From Candidatus Spongiisociaceae bacterium (GTDB taxonomy: Bacteria; Actinomycetota; Acidimicrobiia; Spongiisociales; Spongiisociaceae): DNA of 64,000 bases. Within the stretch, counting starts at the first letter, position 1. Every line of letters begins with the position of its first letter. Location of the stretch: the NCBI GenBank assembly GCA_965202665.1, contig OZ241841.1, positions 1,472,001 through 1,536,000 on the forward strand, given 5' to 3'. This document shows positions 57,388 to 64,000 of the stretch, piece by piece. The notes beneath the pieces are model-generated. The model was not told where the DNA came from. It saw nothing but the letters and a program-made list of their open reading frames with translations, and did no database searches. The translations under genes were made by a program, and so were the position numbers.

Positions 57388-58653
57388 TCAAAGCTCCGCG
57401 ATGCCCGATTCGATGATGTCCAAAGCCCGGTCCAAGTGCTCGTAGGGTACGTTGAGGGGCGGTATGAAACGGATGACGTTGCCGTCGGTTCCGCAAGGCA
57501 GGAAAAACAATCCTTCCCGCATGGAATGGCTGTAAACGGCTTCCAGCGCCGCCTTGGCGGGGCGGCCCCCCTCGTCCACCAGCTCCACCCCGATCATCAG
57601 CCCCAGCCCGCGAACGTCCCCTATGGCCGGGTAGCGTTCGGCCATTTCCCGGAAACGCTTCCAGGCCCGGTCGGCCCGCCCGGCCACCCCGGGAATTGCC
57701 TCCCGCAACCCGTCGACCACCGCCGCGGCCGCCGCGCAAGCCACCGGATTGCCGCTGTAGGTGGTTCCGTGAGCCCCGTAAGGCCAGTCGGCGAAAGTTT
57801 CCCGGGAGGCCCCGATGGCCGACAGGGGCAGTCCGTTGGCGATGGCCTTCCCCATCACCACCACATCCGGCTCCCAGCCCAGAACCTGGCCGGCGAACCA
57901 GTCCCCGCACCGCCCGAACCCGGTTTGCACCTCGTCGGCGATAACCAGAATCCCGTGTTCGTCGGCCGTTGCCCGCAATTCGGCCAGGAAGCCGGGGGGC
58001 GCCGGGTAGTAGCCCCCTTCCCCCTGCACCGGTTCGATGAGGAAAGCCGCCGTTTCCTCCGGGGCGATGTCGTGCCGGAAGATGCGGCGCAACCCGTCCA
58101 CGGCCCGCTCTTCGGCCTGTTGCCGGGTCATTCCCCAGGCGAAAGGATGGGGGAAAGGGGCCGTGAAAACCCCGGCGGGCAACGGATGGTAGCGGCGGCG
58201 GTGGGCGGCGGTGGAAGTGGTGTAGGCCACCGACCCCATGGTGCGTCCGTGGAATCCGCCCCGGAAGACGATGATCCCCGGGCGGCCCCGGACATGGCGG
58301 GCCATTTTCACCGCTCCTTCCACCGCCTCCGCCCCCGAGTTCATGAACAGGACCTGCTCCACCCGTTGCGGAGCGACCTCAATGATCTTCTCGGCCGCTT
58401 CCACCAGCGGCCGGTGCGGGTAGGTGGCGAACCCGGCGTGCCACAGGCGGTCCAGCTGTTCCCGGGCCGCCGCCGCCGCCCCCGGATGGTTGTGCCCCAG
58501 GTTGAGGCAGGCGATGCCGGTGGAAAAGTCCAAGTATTGGCGGCCGTCGGCGGCGGTAATCAGGGAGCCTTCGCCTTTCACCACCTCCATGCGGGCCCGG
58601 AATGACACCAGGGGGGGAATAACCTCCCGCGCCCGTTCCAGAAATTCGGCCAT
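57388..58653 (-). CDS. class III aminotransferase (4-aminobutyrate aminotransferase-like)
   Basis: NLGHNHP, NSGAEAVE, FHGRT, EPVQGEGG, DEVQTGFGR, MGKAIA, HGTTYSGNP. Confidence 0.9.
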   Translation of the reverse strand: MAEFLERAREVIPPLVSFRARMEVVKGEGSLITAADGRQYLDFSTGIACLNLGHNHPGAAAAAREQLDRLWHAGFATYPHRPLVEAAEKIIEVAPQRVEQVLFMNSGAEAVEGAVKMARHVRGRPGIIVFRGGFHGRTMGSVAYTTSTAAHRRRYHPLPAGVFTAPFPHPFAWGMTRQQAEERAVDGLRRIFRHDIAPEETAAFLIEPVQGEGGYYPAPPGFLAELRATADEHGILVIADEVQTGFGRCGDWFAGQVLGWEPDVVVMGKAIANGLPLSAIGASRETFADWPYGAHGTTYSGNPVACAAAAAVVDGLREAIPGVAGRADRAWKRFREMAERYPAIGDVRGLGLMIGVELVDEGGRPAKAALEAVYSHSMREGLFFLPCGTDGNVIRFIPPLNVPYEHLDRALDIIESGIAEL

Positions 58654-58680
58654 CGGGCCGCCCGCCGCCGGAGGGGTCCG

Positions 58681-59400
58681 TTACAGGGCGGCGGCCCGCA
58701 CTTGGGCTTCGGCCACGTGCAGGGAGGCCACCACCGGGTCCAGGCACAAAGCGTCGATTTTAGGGGCCGCTTCCCCGATCATCCCCCCCCAGATGGTGCA
58801 TCCGAACAGGACGGCGTCCACCGGCTCCCGCTCGATCATTTCCCGGGCGGCCGCCACCCCCTCGTTGAGCAACTGGCGGCGGAACCGCCGCAGAACTTCT
58901 TCCAACTCCACCGTCTGCGGGCCGATCAGGGCGGCTTCGCCTTCCACGTGCATGGGCACGAAGGCCACCGAACCGACCACGTCCGCCATCCCGTAAGCCC
59001 GCAGGTTGCGCCGGATCCAGTTGGCGGTGACATGCCAGGCGTGTTCGTCGGGGCACAGCACGCCCAGGTTTTTGCCGCGCCCGCCGGCCAGGGCGGCCGC
59101 CGCCTGCAGAGGCCCCACCACCGGAATCTCCACCGTGCGTTGCGCCTCCATAAGCCCCGGGTCGGAGCAACAGCCGATGATGGCCGCGTCCGCCCCCTCC
59201 CGTTCGGCGCGCATCACCTCGGAGATTAGTTCGTTTAGGTAGAGGGGGGCGGTCGGCAACATCGGCCCGGTCAACTCCGGGGGCAGTTGCAGATGGCGCA
59301 CCTCGATCGTTACGCCCGGCGAGGCATGCCGCTCCAAAACGGCGGCGGTGTGGGCGCTGTAAATGCCCGTCCCGATTGGTTCAATGTAGACGATCTTCAT
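58681..59400 (-). CDS. Asp/Glu/hydantoin racemase family protein
   Basis: Paired catalytic Cys motifs IIGCCSDPG and LFGCT, IPVVG. Confidence 0.82.
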   Translation of the reverse strand: MKIVYIEPIGTGIYSAHTAAVLERHASPGVTIEVRHLQLPPELTGPMLPTAPLYLNELISEVMRAEREGADAAIIGCCSDPGLMEAQRTVEIPVVGPLQAAAALAGGRGKNLGVLCPDEHAWHVTANWIRRNLRAYGMADVVGSVAFVPMHVEGEAALIGPQTVELEEVLRRFRRQLLNEGVAAAREMIEREPVDAVLFGCTIWGGMIGEAAPKIDALCLDPVVASLHVAEAQVRAAAL

Positions 59401-59503
59401 CGCGTTCTCCTTGGTGAGCCGGCCCCCCGATGTTACCCCTTTATCGCCCCGTCCCTTTGTCTAAGGTTGGGTTTTCGCAAAGCGCGGTCGGGGAGGAGGC
59501 AAA

Positions 59504-60268
59504 GTGCAAATATCGCTGGAGGGCAAGACGGTTCTGGTGACCGGGGCGTCGCGGGGCATCGGGTGGCATATCGCCCGTGAGATGGGCGGGGCGGGGGCGG
59601 CGGTCATCGCCCACTACCGCCGGCATAGGGAGGGGGCGGAGGAGGCGTTGGCCGACTTGCCCGAAAGTCGCAAATTGATCCTAAGTCGGGATTTCCGCTC
59701 CGGGGGGACGGGACGGGACTTGTGGGGGCGGGCGTTGGAATGGAAGGGGCGGGTGGATGTGCTGGTCAACAACGCCGGGGTGTTGCCGGAGACGGACTGG
59801 GACGGCTCCGACGCCGCCTGGGACCGGGCTTGGGAGACGGCCTGGCAGGTGAACGTTGCGGAGCCGGTCAACCTGGCGCGGGAAGCGGTGCGCCATTTTG
59901 CGGACAACGGCGGGGGGGTCCTCATCACGTTGTCCAGTTGGCTGGCCTACTTGGCGGGCGGGGCGCGGACGGTCGCCTACAGCGCCTCCAAAGGGGCCAT
60001 CACCGCATTCACCAAGACGGCGGCCGCCGAATACGCCCGGCGGGGGGTGACCGCTTTCAACATCGCCCCGGGCACGGTGCGCACCGACATGTCCCATAAG
60101 GCGGCCGAGCCGGTGGGAGGCGAAGAGGCGACCGCCCCGCAGTTGGCGATGGGGGAGTGGATACCCCCGGAGGAGATCGGGCGGCTGGCGGTGTTTTTGG
60201 CGGGCGGAAACTGCCGGCACCTGTCCGGGGCCACCATCGACATCAACGGCGCCAGCTACATGCGCTAA
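59504..60268 (+). CDS. SDR family oxidoreductase
   Basis: TGASRGIG, NNAG, YSASK, IAPG. Confidence 0.9.
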   Translation: MQISLEGKTVLVTGASRGIGWHIAREMGGAGAAVIAHYRRHREGAEEALADLPESRKLILSRDFRSGGTGRDLWGRALEWKGRVDVLVNNAGVLPETDWDGSDAAWDRAWETAWQVNVAEPVNLAREAVRHFADNGGGVLITLSSWLAYLAGGARTVAYSASKGAITAFTKTAAAEYARRGVTAFNIAPGTVRTDMSHKAAEPVGGEEATAPQLAMGEWIPPEEIGRLAVFLAGGNCRHLSGATIDINGASYMR

Positions 60269-60379
60269 CCCCCGCATGCCTTTGCCGGCGCGTTGGCAAA
60301 ACCGGTTTTTTCGGATGGCGGGGCGGCGGGAGGGGTATACTGGCGGTCGTCATTCCCTACTGCTAAGGAGGAACCTGGG

Positions 60380-62158
60380 ATGCGCGTAAAACGACAAAGG
60401 GGATTATTGGTACTGGGGGTTATGCTGATACTGGCTCTGATCGCTGGGGCCTGCGGCGGCGGCGACGAACCGGCCGCCACCACGGAGGCGGCCCCCACCA
60501 CCGCGGCCGCCCCGACCACCACCGCGGCTGCGCCCGCGGACGACATGGACGATGCGGACGCGGCGGAAGCCCCCACTACCACCGCGGCGGCCCCCACCAC
60601 CACGGAAGCCGCGCCCGCGCCGGCTCCCGATGACGGGTCCCGCACCCTGCGCATCGCCATCCCCGACGATGTGGAAACCTTGGACCCGACCTTCGGGCAG
60701 GCCACGCTTACCAACCTGACGTTGAAAAACATCTACATGCAACCGGTCCAGTATCTGCCGGGCGCCTCGGCGGGCAGGTTCGCCTACGCCGACACCACCA
60801 GTTTTGAAGGGCAGTCGGTGGAATCCTGGGAGTTCAGCGACGGCGGGGAGACCATCACTTTCAAGATGCGCCAAGGCCTGACTTTCCCCGAATCGGGCAA
60901 TCCGGTGACCGCCGATGACTTCATCTGGACCATCGAGCGGGCCCTGGGCACCGCGGCCGGCCCGGCCTGGGTGTGGGGCAACGTGGGCGTGTCCAGCTTG
61001 GATCAGGTGGAGAAAGTGGACGAAGAAACCATCCGCATCACCGGCGCCCGGCCTTCGGCCATCGTGTTGCCGCTGTTGCGGGACCAGACTTTGGGCCTGT
61101 TGGACAGCGAGACGGTGACCGCCCAAGCCACCGACGACGACCCGTGGGCGTTGGAATGGCTGGGGCAGAACTACGCGGGCAACGGACGCTACGTGATAGA
61201 CAGCTGGGAGAGGGGCTCCCGCCTGGTGTTGAAAGCCAATCCCACCTGGCCGGACGAGCCGTTTTTCACCACGGTGGAAATGTCGGTGGTGCCGGAGTCA
61301 TCCAACCGTTTGGCCCTGTTGCAGAACGGCGATGTGGACATTGCCTTGGACTTGTCCGCCCAAGAGTTGGACCGGGCCGAAGGCCTGGCCGGGGTGGATG
61401 TGCTGTCGGTGCCGGACCGGGCGGCCTTCAACGTCCTCCTCAACACCCAGGCGCCGCCGTTCGACGACCTCAACGTCCGGCTGGCCCTCACCTACGCCTC
61501 CCCTTACAACGCCATCGTGGAAGGGGTGTTGCGGGGACGGGCTGTTCCCTCGCAGGGGCCGATGTCGGTCAACTCCCGGTTCTTCGACTTGTACGGCCTC
61601 GGCGATCTGTGGAGTTACGACACCGACCTGGACCGGGCCCGGCAACTGCTGGCCGAAGCGGGCGTGGCGGACGGGTTCTCGTTCGACCTGATCGTTTCTG
61701 AGGCTCTTCCCTATGTGGAGGCGGCGGCGGCCAACTTGAAAGCCGCCTACGCCGAACTGGGAATTGACATGACCATCGTCCCCGTGTCGGCGGCGACTAT
61801 GGCCGAGCGCCTGTTCGCCCGGGATTACCAGGCGGCCATGCGCGGTTACCTGACCGACTACGTGGATGACCCCTTCTACCACTTCTTCCTGTGGTGGGGC
61901 ACCGACACGGTCATCAACTGGACCGGGTTCAGCGACCCGGACGTGGACCGGGTGCTGGAAGAGACCGGCCCGGTGGTGGACGACGCCGCGCGGCGGGAAC
62001 CGTACCGGGAGGCGATCGGCAAAGTGATCGACGCCGCTCCCATGGTCTGGCTGGCCAACGCCGACTTCTCGCTGGCGGTGCGGGAGGACATCGGAGGCTA
62101 CGTACATCACCCCGACCAGTTGCTGTGGTTCGCCACCTTGAACCGCACCGGCGGGTAG
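60380..62158 (+). CDS. ABC transporter substrate-binding lipoprotein (family 5, Dpp/Opp-like)
   Basis: AAGGAGG RBS, lipobox IAGAC, Ala/Pro/Thr linker, TLDP, TADD, APPFDD..VRLAL. Confidence 0.9.
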   Translation: MRVKRQRGLLVLGVMLILALIAGACGGGDEPAATTEAAPTTAAAPTTTAAAPADDMDDADAAEAPTTTAAAPTTTEAAPAPAPDDGSRTLRIAIPDDVETLDPTFGQATLTNLTLKNIYMQPVQYLPGASAGRFAYADTTSFEGQSVESWEFSDGGETITFKMRQGLTFPESGNPVTADDFIWTIERALGTAAGPAWVWGNVGVSSLDQVEKVDEETIRITGARPSAIVLPLLRDQTLGLLDSETVTAQATDDDPWALEWLGQNYAGNGRYVIDSWERGSRLVLKANPTWPDEPFFTTVEMSVVPESSNRLALLQNGDVDIALDLSAQELDRAEGLAGVDVLSVPDRAAFNVLLNTQAPPFDDLNVRLALTYASPYNAIVEGVLRGRAVPSQGPMSVNSRFFDLYGLGDLWSYDTDLDRARQLLAEAGVADGFSFDLIVSEALPYVEAAAANLKAAYAELGIDMTIVPVSAATMAERLFARDYQAAMRGYLTDYVDDPFYHFFLWWGTDTVINWTGFSDPDVDRVLEETGPVVDDAARREPYREAIGKVIDAAPMVWLANADFSLAVREDIGGYVHHPDQLLWFATLNRTGG

Positions 62159-62172
62159 GGGCGGCGTAACGG

Positions 62173-62209
62173 ACGGGGGAGGGCGGACCGAAAACCCGTC
62201 CTCCCCCGT
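62173..62209 (+). terminator. stem-loop between the SBP and permease genes
   Basis: ACGGGGGAGGGCGG-loop-CCGTCCTCCCCCGT; likely partial terminator or mRNA stabiliser. Confidence 0.6.
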
Positions 62210-62232
62210 TTCCGACCGAGGGGCAGGCGGCC

Positions 62233-63297
62233 ATGGAGCAGGAGCAGACGGCAACCGCCACCGTCGCCCAACCCCGTTTTTCCCGCTGGCGCAACTGGGG
62301 GTTTTTCCTGTTGCGCCGGCTGGGGTTGCTGGCGCTGGTCCTGCTGTTCGTCGGCACCCTGACTTTCACCGTCACCCGCTTCACCGGCACCCCCCTCTAC
62401 GCTTCGGTGGGTTTGCAGGCCGACGAAGCCACTTTGGAAGCCAGGGCCGAGTTGCTGGGCCTAAACGATTCGTTCTGGGAGCAGTACGCGACCTACATGG
62501 TCAACCTGATGAAAGGCGACCTGGGCACTTCGCGGCGCACCTACGTCCCGGTTATAGACGAAATCGGACGCCGCCTCCCCGCCACCGCCGAGCTGGTGAC
62601 GGCGGGGACTTTTTTCATCATCCTGTGGGCGATACCGCTCGGGGTGCGGGCCGGCCTGCGCCCGGGGGGCGCCGCCTCCCGGCTTGGGGAGGGGATCAGC
62701 CAGTTCGGGGTGAGCGTGCCCGCTTTCTGGCTGGGCCTGTTGTTTATCGCCCTGCTGGCTTTCCTGTTGCCCATTTTCCCCCCTCCGCTGGGACGGATGA
62801 GCGGAGCCGACCCGCCGCAGTTCGCGACCGGCTTCTACACTTTGGACGCTTTGCTGGCCGGGGATTTTGGGTTGTCGTTGCGCGCCCTGTGGCATCTGGT
62901 GCTGCCCGGTTTGACTTTGGCGGTGACCAGCGGGCCGCCGGTTTTTAGGGTGACGCGGGCCGCGGTGGGGGAAGTGGCGGCCAGCCCCTATGTGGAAGCC
63001 GCCCGCAGCTACGGGCTCCCCCGCCGGTTGGTGATGCGGCGGGACATTATCCGCAACGCCTTTCCGCCGGTGCTGAACCTGATCGCCATGACTTTCGGGT
63101 ATCTGATCGGGGGGGCCATCTTGGTGGAGGTGGTGTTTTCCTGGCCGGGCATCGGGCTGTACGCGGTGCGGGCCATGAACTTTTCCGACTACGACGCGGT
63201 GCTGGGCGTGGTGCTGATTTCGGCGGTGATCTACGTGGTTCTGTATTTCATAGTGGATCTGGCGCAGTACGCGCTGGACCCCCGGTTGCGGGACTGA
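62233..63297 (+). CDS. ABC transporter permease (DppB/OppB-like)
   Basis: GDLGTS, RLPATAEL, VPAFWLG, YVEAARSYGL, VFSWPGIG, LDPRL. Confidence 0.92.
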   Translation: MEQEQTATATVAQPRFSRWRNWGFFLLRRLGLLALVLLFVGTLTFTVTRFTGTPLYASVGLQADEATLEARAELLGLNDSFWEQYATYMVNLMKGDLGTSRRTYVPVIDEIGRRLPATAELVTAGTFFIILWAIPLGVRAGLRPGGAASRLGEGISQFGVSVPAFWLGLLFIALLAFLLPIFPPPLGRMSGADPPQFATGFYTLDALLAGDFGLSLRALWHLVLPGLTLAVTSGPPVFRVTRAAVGEVAASPYVEAARSYGLPRRLVMRRDIIRNAFPPVLNLIAMTFGYLIGGAILVEVVFSWPGIGLYAVRAMNFSDYDAVLGVVLISAVIYVVLYFIVDLAQYALDPRLRD

Positions 63298-63300
63298 GCG

Positions 63301-64000
63301 GTGGCCGCCGACCTGGTTTCCGACCGCCCGCCGGCCAGGGCCCCCTCCGCCTCCTCCCGGCTCGCCCAATGGTCGCGGCGAGCGCGGCGGGCCGTTTTTC
63401 TGCTGTTGGTGGCGACGGCCATATTCGGGCCGTGGGTCGCCCCCTACGACCCGCTGTGGCCCGATCCTTTCAACCCGCTCAGCCCCCCGTCCGCCGAACA
63501 TTGGCTGGGCACCGACCATTTGGGTATGGACGTGTTCTCGCGGCTGATCGCCGCCGCCCGGGTTGACTTCACTTTGGCGGTGACCGGGGTGCTGATCGGA
63601 GGGGGGCTGGGGTCGGTGCTGGGGGCCTGGGCCGCCTACCGGCGGGGGTGGGTGGACACGGTTCTGCTGCGGGCGGTGGAAATTATGCAGTCCTTTCCGG
63701 TGTTGCTGTTGGGGATCGTAATGTTCACCATTCTGGGGCCGGGGCTGGTGGTGCTGATAACCGCCATCGCCAGCATAAACTTTCCCCTCTATCTGCGACA
63801 GGTGCGCAGCGTCCTCATTCCGCTCACCGACGCCGCCTACGTCCAAGCCGCCAAATGCGGAGGCCTGGGCGGCTGGGGAATCGTCTGGCGCCATTTCCTG
63901 CCCAACGCCCGCGGGCAGATTCTGGCTTTGTTCGCCCTCACCTGCGCCTACGCCATACAGATAATCGCCGGGCTGAGTTTTATCGGGGTGGGGATCGAGC
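63301..64000 (+). CDS. ABC transporter permease (DppC/OppC-like), truncated by window end
   Basis: Manual translation: APYDP, PPSAEHWLGTDHLGMDVFSRL, YVQAAK, RHFLPN. Confidence 0.88.
   Translation, partial: MAADLVSDRPPARAPSASSRLAQWSRRARRAVFLLLVATAIFGPWVAPYDPLWPDPFNPLSPPSAEHWLGTDHLGMDVFSRLIAAARVDFTLAVTGVLIGGGLGSVLGAWAAYRRGWVDTVLLRAVEIMQSFPVLLLGIVMFTILGPGLVVLITAIASINFPLYLRQVRSVLIPLTDAAYVQAAKCGGLGGWGIVWRHFLPNARGQILALFALTCAYAIQIIAGLSFIGVGIE

Noticed and set aside
60470-60625. GCCCCCACCACCAC-type repeats
   Set aside because: They encode the ordinary Ala/Pro/Thr linker of the lipoprotein SBP.

Overview
GC-rich bacterial chromosome segment. I infer an actinomycete, most consistent with Acidimicrobiia, from crgA, WhiB, the fhaA-fhaB-pstP-rodA-pbpA-pknB block, ask-asd, DUF4032 and the tRNA-Ile/tRNA-Ala pair. 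Housekeeping content: udk, a cobalamin riboswitch-controlled B12 uptake operon (tandem-domain BtuF-like lipoprotein, permease, ATPase, cobO), three tRNAs, two thiolases, rpmB, a probable PPi-dependent PFK, mce, murJ and ask/asd. Accessory content: (i) a 13.5 kb catabolic cluster (50.5-64 kb) built around a strongly divergent glycine-cleavage P-protein pair. It has lost the canonical GcvP signature motifs, has no GcvH/T/L in the window, and sits with a 2Fe-2S/FAD oxidoreductase, DapA-like lyase, class III aminotransferase, racemase, SDR, NAD-kinase-like protein and peptide-type ABC transporter. This is the best candidate for an undescribed pathway. (ii) A minimal three-gene type VII secretion-like locus. 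(iii) A low-GC tandem pair of near-identical lipoproteins with patchy variation. (iv) Two small compositionally atypical islets with orphan antitoxin-like genes and an orphan methyltransferase. No CRISPR array, integrase, transposase or rRNA was seen. All calls come from motif recognition by eye; no searches were run.
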